DNA of 33,836 nt from Porphyromonadaceae bacterium (GTDB taxonomy: Bacteria > Bacteroidota > Bacteroidia > Bacteroidales > UBA11471): NCBI GenBank assembly GCA_021199145.1, contig JAJQIP010000149.1, forward strand, positions 1 to 33,836. Reading direction: 5' to 3'. Positions 10,064-17,481 of the stretch are shown piece after piece. Positions within the stretch are counted from its first letter, which is position 1; the number at the start of each line of letters is the position of its first letter. Both the position numbers and the translations under genes were made by a program. The notes under the pieces were generated by a model. That model did not search any database, was not told where the DNA came from, and worked only from the letters and a program-made list of their open reading frames with translations.

Positions 10064-11941
10064 ATGAGATTTGATTACGATGTCATTGTTGTAGGTGCCG
10101 GTCACGCAGGATGTGAAGCGGCTTCTGCTGCGGCTCGGTTAGGTTCGGATACGCTACTTATTACTATGGATATGAATAAGATAGCGCAAATGAGTTGCAA
10201 TCCGGCAGTAGGTGGAATCGCCAAAGGGCAAATCGTGCGGGAGATTGATGCTTTGGGCGGTCAAATGGGTATTGTCACGGACAAAACAGCTATACAATTC
10301 CGAATGCTTAACCGCTCCAAAGGTCCGGCCATGTGGAGTCCGAGGGCACAGAGTGACCGACAGAAATTTATCCAGACCTGGCGGGGGATATTGGAGAATA
10401 CCGAACATCTTTCTATTTGGCAGGATTCGGTTAAACAATTGATATTCAATAAAGAAGGAGGGATTTCGGGGGTGATTACTTCCATGGAGGTCACTTTTCG
10501 AGCCAAAGCTGTTGTCCTCACGTGTGGGACGTTTATGAACGGCCTTATGCATATTGGACGGGTACAGCTTAAAGGTGGACGGGTGGCTGAGCCTGTTTCT
10601 CATGGCATCACGGAACAGTTGGTAGAGATGGGTTTTACCTCCGGACGTATGAAGACCGGAACGCCTGTCCGCATTGACGGCCGTAGCGTGCATTTCGACC
10701 TAATGGCTGTGCAGGAGGGCGAAAACGATTTCCACAAATTCTCTTTTCTCCCTGACGTGCATCGCCTCTTGAAGCAGCGCAACTGTTGGATTACCTCTAC
10801 GAACGAAGCTGTGCATGCTATTTTGCGACAGGGATTGCCCGATTCTCCCCTTTTCAATGGCCAGATAAAGAGTATCGGCCCACGGTACTGTCCGAGTATT
10901 GAAAACAAAATCGTGACATTCCCGGATAAGAGTGAGCATCCTCTTTTTCTCGAACCCGAAGGGGAGACGACCCAGGAATTTTACCTCAATGGATTTTCCT
11001 CCTCCCTCCCTATTGATATACAGTTGCGGGCGTTACAGGCGATTCCCGCCTTTCGGGACGTACATGTCTTCCGACCAGGCTATGCTATCGAATATGACTA
11101 TTTTGACCCGACTCAGCTTACCCATACACTTGAAACAAAAGCTGTCCGCAACCTGTTTTTTGCCGGGCAAATCAATGGGACGACAGGGTATGAAGAGGCT
11201 GCCGGACAAGGTTTGGTGGCTGGAATCAACGCCCATCTGCGGTGTCACGGAGGGAGTGAGTTCATCTTAGGGCGTGATGAGGCTTACATCGGTGTCCTCA
11301 TCGATGATTTAGTGACGAAAGGGGTAGACGAACCTTATCGTATGTTCACCTCTCGGGCGGAATATCGTATACTGTTGCGACAGGACGATGCCGATATGCG
11401 TCTTACACCGAAGGGATATGCGTTGGGGTCGGTCGATGCGGAACGGAATCGTATTTTCCTGGAGAAGAAGGAGAATCGGGACCGATTGATTCAGTTTGCC
11501 CGTACCTATTCGGTGCGAACGAATCAGGCCAATCCTGCCCTTGAACAGGTGGGCCTTCCTCCGTTGCGACAGGGGACAAAACTTTTCGAGCTTATTTTAC
11601 GTCCTCAATTTACCATTGATTCCATTTCCAAATGGCTTCCCGCCTTGAAAGAACAAATAGAGACTATCTCTTCTTGTCGGGAAGAGGTCATCGAAGCGGC
11701 TGAAATTTGTATTAAATACGAGGGTTATATTGAACGGGAAAAACTTATCGCTGATAAGATTGCCCGATTGGAAAATATCTTTATCAAAGGAAAGTTCAAC
11801 TATTCTACTATACAGCAGATTTCTATCGAGGCGCGGCAGAAGCTTTCTAAAATAGATCCTGAAACTATCGCTCAGGCATCCCGTATACCAGGTATCTCTC
11901 CCAGTGATATAAATATTCTTTTGGTGTTGTTAGGCAGATAA
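10064..11941 (+). CDS. mnmG: tRNA uridine 5-carboxymethylaminomethyl modification enzyme MnmG (GidA)
   Basis: FAD-binding N-terminus DVIVVGAGHAGCEAA and the full-length 625-aa GidA architecture. It starts 3 nt after the ybeY stop codon. Confidence 0.97.
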   Translation: MRFDYDVIVVGAGHAGCEAASAAARLGSDTLLITMDMNKIAQMSCNPAVGGIAKGQIVREIDALGGQMGIVTDKTAIQFRMLNRSKGPAMWSPRAQSDRQKFIQTWRGILENTEHLSIWQDSVKQLIFNKEGGISGVITSMEVTFRAKAVVLTCGTFMNGLMHIGRVQLKGGRVAEPVSHGITEQLVEMGFTSGRMKTGTPVRIDGRSVHFDLMAVQEGENDFHKFSFLPDVHRLLKQRNCWITSTNEAVHAILRQGLPDSPLFNGQIKSIGPRYCPSIENKIVTFPDKSEHPLFLEPEGETTQEFYLNGFSSSLPIDIQLRALQAIPAFRDVHVFRPGYAIEYDYFDPTQLTHTLETKAVRNLFFAGQINGTTGYEEAAGQGLVAGINAHLRCHGGSEFILGRDEAYIGVLIDDLVTKGVDEPYRMFTSRAEYRILLRQDDADMRLTPKGYALGSVDAERNRIFLEKKENRDRLIQFARTYSVRTNQANPALEQVGLPPLRQGTKLFELILRPQFTIDSISKWLPALKEQIETISSCREEVIEAAEICIKYEGYIEREKLIADKIARLENIFIKGKFNYSTIQQISIEARQKLSKIDPETIAQASRIPGISPSDINILLVLLGR

Positions 11942-11957
11942 TGTTCCACGTGGAACA
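11942..11957. repeat. perfect 16-bp palindrome TGTTCCACGTGGAACA in the mnmG-apt spacer
   Basis: Read directly from the sequence. It starts 1 nt after the mnmG TAA and ends 12 nt before the apt ATG. As RNA it would form a 6-bp stem with an ACGU loop and has no U-tract. Confidence 0.6.
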
Positions 11958-11969
11958 AAATATAACGAT

Positions 11970-12494
11970 ATGGATGAAGAGTTTATAAAAAAGCAAATAA
12001 GGGATGTCATGGACTTCCCTATAAAAGGCATCGTGTTCAAGGATATTACTACGTTGTTGAAAAATGCGGATGCGCTGCAAAGTGTCGTTCAGGAGCTCTA
12101 TGAAAGATACAAGGACAAAGGTATTACCAAGGTGGTCGGAATAGAATCCCGAGGATTTGTCATGGCTTCTATTCTTGCCTATAAATTGAAAGCCGGTTTT
12201 GTGCCCATCCGCAAACCGGGTAAACTTCCGGCTCTTACATGGAGTGAAAGTTACGATAACGAATACGGTCGTGACACGATAGAGATACATCAAGACGCTA
12301 TTTCAACCGATGATGTAGTCTTGCTGCACGATGATGTGTTGGCTACTGGAGGTACTATGTTGGCGGCCTATCGTCTGTTGGGTCACTCCGCTCCTCGGTG
12401 CATATATGTCAATTTTTTGGTGGAGTTGGAGGCATTGGGTGGTCGTAAGGCATTCCCTTCCGGTCTTGAGGTCGATTCCTTGATAAAATGTTGA
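11970..12494 (+). CDS. apt: adenine phosphoribosyltransferase
   Basis: PRPP-binding motif VVLLHDDVLATGGT. 174 aa, the typical Apt length. Confidence 0.95.
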   Translation: MDEEFIKKQIRDVMDFPIKGIVFKDITTLLKNADALQSVVQELYERYKDKGITKVVGIESRGFVMASILAYKLKAGFVPIRKPGKLPALTWSESYDNEYGRDTIEIHQDAISTDDVVLLHDDVLATGGTMLAAYRLLGHSAPRCIYVNFLVELEALGGRKAFPSGLEVDSLIKC

Positions 12495-12501
12495 TACGGT
12501 T

Positions 12502-14292
12502 TTGGCAACGCACGACGAACATATCCAACATCTGCTTTCCCTTCTACCCGATTCGCCTGGGGTTTACCAATATTTCGACAAAGAGGGAAACATCATCTAT
12601 GTGGGGAAGGCCAAGAACCTGAAGCGCCGTGTCCATAGCTATTTTAATAAAAATCATGATTCTCAGCGTACCGTCATGTTGGTACGCCACATTTACGACA
12701 TAAAATATATTGTCGTCGAGAGCGAAGAGGATGCTTTGCATCTGGAAAATAGTTTCATCAAGACCTATAAGCCTCGGTACAATGTCCTGCTCAAGGACGA
12801 CAAAACCTATCCGTGGATTACGATTCGCAACGAACGTTTTCCCAGGGTCTATCTCACCCGTCGGGTGACTCACGACGGTTCGAAATATTTTGGTCCGTAT
12901 GCTCATGTACAACTTGCCCGTACAGTGCTCGAATTAATTCGTGCTATTTTCCCTATCCGCACATGCAACTATTTCCTGAGTTCTGAAAACATCGATAAAC
13001 ATCGCTATAAATGCTGTCTGCAATACCATATCAAAAATTGTAAGGCTCCTTGTGAAGGGAAGCAGGACGAAGAGGAGTACAATCGGAATATAGCACAGGT
13101 GCGGGAGATTCTGAACGGAAATACCTGGCAACTGGCCGACCATCTTAAAGAGGAGATGGCTGTGTTGGCGCAACAAATGCGGTTTGAAGAGGCTCAGGAG
13201 TTGAAAGAGAAATATCTCCTACTCGAAAAATATCAGGCCAAGTCGGTCATCGTAAGTATGACCATTGACAATGTGGATATATTTTCGTACGAAGAGTCCG
13301 ACAGTGATGCCTATGTCAATTATCTGCATGTACGCAACGGCTCTATCGTGCAGAGTTATACGATTGAATATCGGAAAAGGCTCGATGAAACGAAAGAGGA
13401 GATTCTTTCCCTCGCTATCGCCGAATTGAGAGAGCGGTTTAAAAGTCCTTCCAAGGAGGTGATTGTGCCGTTTTTGCCGGAATCTACCTTTAACAATGTT
13501 ACATTTACCGTCCCGCAGCGGGGCGACAAGCGTAAATTGCTGGAGGTCTCTTTGCAGAATGTCCGACAGTACAAGGTGGACAAACTCAAAAGCGCTGAGA
13601 AACTCAACCCCGACCAACGGGTTGTACGTATTCTCTCCCGGGTGCAGAAAGATTTCCGGTTGCAGCGTCTGCCTATGCACATTGAATGTTTCGATAATTC
13701 CAATACGCAGGGTACCCTGCCGGTCTCTTCGTGTGTTGTTTTCAAAAAAGCGAAACCTTCGAAAAAAGAGTATCGCCATTTCAATGTGAAAACGGTCGAA
13801 GGTCCCGATGATTACGCCTCTATGTATGAGGTGATTTATCGTCGGTACAAGCGTCTTCATGAGGAAAAGGAACCCCTGCCCGATTTGGTGGTTGTCGATG
13901 GAGGTAAAGGTCAGCTCAGTGCTGCTTGCAATGCCCTGCACGACCTGCAACTCGATATCCCTATCATCGGCATTGCAAAGCGCCTCGAGGAAATTTTCTT
14001 CCCGAACGATCCGATTCCCCTCTATCTCGATAAGAACAGTGAAAGTCTGCGGCTTATACAGCAATTGAGGGATGAGGCGCACCGTTTCGGTATTACGCAC
14101 CACCGTCATCGTCGGAGCAAGAAACAAGTGGAGTCGGCTCTCGATAAGATTCCTGGAATCGGAGTCAAGACACGGGATTTGCTGCTTTCTCGGTACAAAA
14201 GTATCAAACGCATCAAGGAGGTCCCGTTGGAGGAGTTGTCTCAACTTATTGGAAAAGCGAGGGCCACTCGTCTTCTTGAATCGCTGGGATAG
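12502..14292 (+). CDS. uvrC: excinuclease ABC subunit C
   Basis: GIY-YIG N-terminal domain (GVYQYF...IIYVGKAKNLKRR), a central UvrBC-interaction region, and a C-terminal endonuclease plus HhH region. The start is TTG at 12502, the only start candidate after the in-frame stop at 12484. Confidence 0.95.
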   Translation: MATHDEHIQHLLSLLPDSPGVYQYFDKEGNIIYVGKAKNLKRRVHSYFNKNHDSQRTVMLVRHIYDIKYIVVESEEDALHLENSFIKTYKPRYNVLLKDDKTYPWITIRNERFPRVYLTRRVTHDGSKYFGPYAHVQLARTVLELIRAIFPIRTCNYFLSSENIDKHRYKCCLQYHIKNCKAPCEGKQDEEEYNRNIAQVREILNGNTWQLADHLKEEMAVLAQQMRFEEAQELKEKYLLLEKYQAKSVIVSMTIDNVDIFSYEESDSDAYVNYLHVRNGSIVQSYTIEYRKRLDETKEEILSLAIAELRERFKSPSKEVIVPFLPESTFNNVTFTVPQRGDKRKLLEVSLQNVRQYKVDKLKSAEKLNPDQRVVRILSRVQKDFRLQRLPMHIECFDNSNTQGTLPVSSCVVFKKAKPSKKEYRHFNVKTVEGPDDYASMYEVIYRRYKRLHEEKEPLPDLVVVDGGKGQLSAACNALHDLQLDIPIIGIAKRLEEIFFPNDPIPLYLDKNSESLRLIQQLRDEAHRFGITHHRHRRSKKQVESALDKIPGIGVKTRDLLLSRYKSIKRIKEVPLEELSQLIGKARATRLLESLG

Positions 14293-14353
14293 TTCGAAAT
14301 TCAAAATATTGTCCTATCTTCGTAGCAACGGGGAAAAAAGTGAGATAAGCGTT

Positions 14354-14806
14354 ATGAGAATTGTGTTGCAACGGGTCGCCCACGCTTCGGTAACTGTAGA
14401 GGGTCAGTTGATATCGAAGATAGGGAGAGGGCTGTTGATTCTTGTGGGGGTAGAAGATGCCGATACGTTTTCCGATGCGGAGTGGTTGGCCAAGAAGGTT
14501 GTCCATCTGCGTATTTTCGACGATGAAAACGGTGTGATGAACCGTTCGGTGGAGGAAGTTGGTGGAGAAGTGCTGATAATCAGCCAATTCACCTTGTTCG
14601 CCTCGACAAAAAAGGGAAATCGTCCCTCCTATATTCGGGCCTCCAAGCACGAACATGCCATTCCGCTATATGAACGCTTTTGTCTCTATGTGGAGGAAGA
14701 GATGGGAGTAAAACCGAAAACAGGGAAATTTGGTGCCGATATGAAAGTGGAACTGCTTAACGACGGTCCGGTCACTATCTGCATCGATTCCCGACAAAAA
14801 GAGTAA
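14354..14806 (+). CDS. dtd: D-aminoacyl-tRNA deacylase
   Basis: MRIVLQRV... N-terminus, SQFTL motif and NDGPVT C-terminal motif. 150 aa from ATG 14354. The longer track ORF starting at 14072 overlaps uvrC and is not credible. Confidence 0.93.
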   Translation: MRIVLQRVAHASVTVEGQLISKIGRGLLILVGVEDADTFSDAEWLAKKVVHLRIFDDENGVMNRSVEEVGGEVLIISQFTLFASTKKGNRPSYIRASKHEHAIPLYERFCLYVEEEMGVKPKTGKFGADMKVELLNDGPVTICIDSRQKE

Positions 14807-14808
14807 AT

Positions 14809-15138
14809 ATGACACTGCAAGAAGCTCAGGAACGTGTAGATAGTTGGATAAAGGAGTACGGTGTACGCTATTTCAACGAACTGACCAATATGGCTATCCT
14901 CACGGAAGAGGTCGGTGAAGTGGCACGCATCATTGCCCGTCGTTATGGGGAACAGTCGTTTAAGGAGAAAGACAAAGCGGCCGATTTGTCGGACGAACTG
15001 GCTGATGTCCTATGGGTTGTGATATGCCTGGCCAACCAGACAGGCATCAATCTCACGGAGGCCCTCCAACGTAATTTCGATAAAAAGACCTCCCGGGATT
15101 GTCGGAGACATCTCGACAATCCCAAACTACAATCGTAA
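14809..15138 (+). CDS. MazG-like nucleotide pyrophosphohydrolase (small all-alpha NTP-PPase)
   Basis: 109 aa with the EEVGE...E and ELADVLW acidic metal-binding helices. It starts 2 nt after the dtd stop codon. Confidence 0.85.
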   Translation: MTLQEAQERVDSWIKEYGVRYFNELTNMAILTEEVGEVARIIARRYGEQSFKEKDKAADLSDELADVLWVVICLANQTGINLTEALQRNFDKKTSRDCRRHLDNPKLQS

Positions 15139-15162
15139 TAATCTCTTTAATTTCATTGTTGT

Positions 15163-16041
15163 ATGAGTCCTTACGAAGAAATGTTGAAAGGGTACAATAC
15201 CGATTTGCACAACGAGGAAGTCGCTCAAATTGTCGAAAAAATCATCCGGGAGAATATTTCTGGAAATGCCACCGAAGAGGTTTATCGCTTTCTTTTCGGT
15301 TGTCTCGACTTTACCTCGTTGAACCCTACGGACAATCAGACCCAAATAGCCGCTTTTACCCGGCAGGTCAACGAGTTTGACAATCAAAATCCCGAACTCA
15401 ACCATGTGGCGGCCATATGCGTGTATCCCAATTTCGTGGAGTGTGTGCGGATGAATCTCGATCTCTCCGACGTGAATATCGCTGCCGTGGCCGGTGGGTT
15501 TCCTTCCGCACAGACTTTCTCTGAGGTGAAGATTGCCGAAGTGGCTCTTGCTGTGGCCGATGGAGCGAATGAGATAGACATGGTCATGAATGTGGGGCAG
15601 TTTTTGAACGGAGAATACGAAGATATTTGTGATGAAATCGTTGAGATAAAGCGGGCTTGTCGGGAAAAGGCTCGCCTGAAAGTTATCCTCGAAACGGGAG
15701 CTTTGGGTGATTATGCGGCCATTAAGAAGGCGTCTCTGTTGGCTATCTATTCGGGGGCGGATTTCATTAAGACCTCGACGGGCAAACTCTCCCCCGGAGC
15801 CACGCCCGAAGCCTTCTACGTCATGTGTACGGCTATCAAGGAGTATTACGAGAAAAACCATATCCGCATCGGTATCAAGGCGGCAGGGGGCATCTCCACG
15901 ACAGCGGAGGCCCTGAAGTACTATACAATTGCCCAATCGGTCTTGGGTCCGGAGTGGCTTAACAAAGAGTATTTCCGTATCGGGGCAAGTCGGTTAGCTT
16001 CGAGCTTAGTGCAATCCATTCTTGAGATAAGGAGAAAGTAG
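15163..16041 (+). CDS. deoC: deoxyribose-phosphate aldolase
   Basis: Schiff-base lysine context GADFIKTSTGK and class I aldolase barrel length. Confidence 0.9.
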   Translation: MSPYEEMLKGYNTDLHNEEVAQIVEKIIRENISGNATEEVYRFLFGCLDFTSLNPTDNQTQIAAFTRQVNEFDNQNPELNHVAAICVYPNFVECVRMNLDLSDVNIAAVAGGFPSAQTFSEVKIAEVALAVADGANEIDMVMNVGQFLNGEYEDICDEIVEIKRACREKARLKVILETGALGDYAAIKKASLLAIYSGADFIKTSTGKLSPGATPEAFYVMCTAIKEYYEKNHIRIGIKAAGGISTTAEALKYYTIAQSVLGPEWLNKEYFRIGASRLASSLVQSILEIRRK

Positions 16042-16066
16042 TCTCTTTTTACTCTAAAGCAGACAT

Positions 16067-16108
16067 AAAGGGCTGGATAAGAATCTTTATCCAGCCCTTT
16101 ACTTTTTT
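16067..16108 (+). terminator. rho-independent terminator after deoC (usable from both strands)
   Basis: Perfect 14-bp stem AAAGGGCTGGATAA / TTATCCAGCCCTTT with a 6-nt loop, followed by a T6 run. Confidence 0.85.
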
Positions 16109-16124
16109 GGAGTGAGAGAATGGA

Positions 16125-16314
16125 TTAATCCTCTACCCATATTTTTTTGGTGGTGTTTCCAGCTTTGACGATGTAGCAGCCGCCAGGGAGTTCAATTCGT
16201 TTCTCCTGTTGCACCGTTTCTTGGTGAACCATCCGCCCGGTAAGGTCGTAGACTTATGTGTATTACAATTGTATCTTCAACTGTAAACTAAATTTAGCAG
16301 AAAGGGTAGAGGCT
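16125..16314 (-). pseudogene. decayed relic of a type IX secretion (Por) C-terminal sorting domain; cargo body missing
   Basis: The minus strand from 16253 to 16125 translates to VYDLTGRMVHQETVQQEKRIELPGGCYIVKAGNTTKKIWVED-stop, a typical T9SS CTD end. Upstream pieces ESLYPFC and FTVEDTIVIH lie in another frame and are separated by stop codons. Confidence 0.65.
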
Positions 16315-16324
16315 TTCTCCTTTT

Positions 16325-17299
16325 TTATTTTGTGCGGGAGAGGGTATAGTCGAAGAGTTCCTGTAGGGAGGTGGTGGCAGCGGAAGATTGGAATGGGCGT
16401 AAGAGGGCAACCGCTTCATCACGCAAGCGATTCATTACCTCTTCGGCATAAGTTACTCCCCCTTTTTGGATAGCGAAATCAGTGAGTCGGTTAATTTCTT
16501 CAGTCGATAAATCGGGCTTAAGAGCCAAAGTGCGCATCGCCTCTTCTTCCTTTCCTGCCGTGTGGGTGAGCGCATAGAGGAGCGGTAAGGTGATTTTCCC
16601 TTCCGCCAAATCGGTATGGGTTGGTTTCCCCAATTCGTCCGTGGCGAAATAATCGAAAATATCATCCTTTATTTGGAAACAGATTCCCAACCGTTCTCCA
16701 AATCCTTTCAACGTCTCTACCTGCTCTTGGGGCATACCTGAAGTAAAGGCTCCGATGTGCGTACAGGCCATGAAAAGGGAGGCCGTCTTCTCTTTGATAA
16801 CCTTGAAATAGGCTGTTTCATCGATGATTTTCTTCGCTACCACCGAGATTTGGTTCATCTCGCCACAAGCAAGTTTCCGTCCCAATTCCCCCAAAATGGC
16901 AATGACGGAAAATTGCTGCGTCGATAGAGCCGCCCGGAGAGCGCTCGACACAAAATAATCTCCGGCCAGCACCGCAATGCGATTGTCCCAAATGCCGTTG
17001 AGGGTCGCTTTCCCCCGCCGGAGTTTCGATTCATCGATAACGTCATCGTGTATGAGCGAAGCGTTGTGCAATAGTTCTATCGCTGCCGCTGCATAGATGG
17101 TCTCAGGGCGTATCGGTCCGGAAAGTTTGGCTGTGAGCAGCACGAGAATGGGACGTATCTGTTTCCCCTTCATCGAAAGATAATGGGTCACCGCTTGGGT
17201 GAGAAGCGGACTGTCTGAAGAGAGTATCTGTGCGATGACTTGGTTCAGCGTCTCCAATTCTCCTTCAATGGGCTGTTTTATTTTCGATAATATGTCCAT
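16325..17299 (-). CDS. polyprenyl diphosphate synthase (IspB/octaprenyl-type)
   Basis: The two Asp-rich motifs are present: LIHDDVIDE (first DDxxD) and IKDDIFD (second DDxxD). 324 aa. Confidence 0.9.
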   Translation of the reverse strand: MDILSKIKQPIEGELETLNQVIAQILSSDSPLLTQAVTHYLSMKGKQIRPILVLLTAKLSGPIRPETIYAAAAIELLHNASLIHDDVIDESKLRRGKATLNGIWDNRIAVLAGDYFVSSALRAALSTQQFSVIAILGELGRKLACGEMNQISVVAKKIIDETAYFKVIKEKTASLFMACTHIGAFTSGMPQEQVETLKGFGERLGICFQIKDDIFDYFATDELGKPTHTDLAEGKITLPLLYALTHTAGKEEEAMRTLALKPDLSTEEINRLTDFAIQKGGVTYAEEVMNRLRDEAVALLRPFQSSAATTSLQELFDYTLSRTK

Positions 17300-17372
17300 C
17301 CGACCTTTTCCGGTTCAAAAATTAGGGAATGAATCCTTTCGGTAGCAGGGAGGATTCTGTTGCAATGCGCTG

Positions 17373-17380
17373 CAAAAATA
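17373..17380 (-). promoter_or_regulatory. candidate -7 box (TATTTTTG on the minus strand) for the polyprenyl synthase gene
   Basis: The plus strand reads CAAAAATA, ~75 nt upstream of start codon 17299. This rests on the motif match only. Confidence 0.3.
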
Positions 17381-17481
17381 GCAATAAAACGAGAAGTTTC
17401 GGTAGAAATGTCGTAAATTTACCTCGGAAATCTTTTGAAACGGGCTATTTAGGCCTGTTTCCCCCAATAATACCATCTGAC

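Noticed and set aside
13219-14304. There is a 361-aa ORF antisense to uvrC. Similar long antisense ORFs occur at 4282-5193 (metG), 15127-15936 (deoC), 17449-18393 (polA), 31815-32603 (adaptor), 20383-20958 and 21187-21864 (ychF/LOG), 23226-23897 (hemD-like), 25660-26346 (tyrS) and 10154-10693 (mnmG).
   Set aside because: All of them lie fully inside confidently identified genes on the opposite strand. Their low-complexity R/L/F/I-rich translations carry no motifs and they have no promoter boxes. They are typical shadow ORFs created by the codon bias of the sense gene.
14072-14353. The track gives dtd a 94-codon N-terminal extension (ORF starting at 14072).
   Set aside because: The extension overlaps the 3' end of uvrC in another frame. 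The Dtd fold begins exactly at MRIVLQRV (ATG 14354), and the extension's sequence is basic junk.
17329-17481. The track's longest polA ORF starts upstream at 17329.
   Set aside because: The 51 extra residues do not resemble any Pol I N-terminus. The conserved 5'-nuclease domain starts right after Met 17482, and the extra stretch lies in the divergent promoter region shared with the polyprenyl synthase gene.
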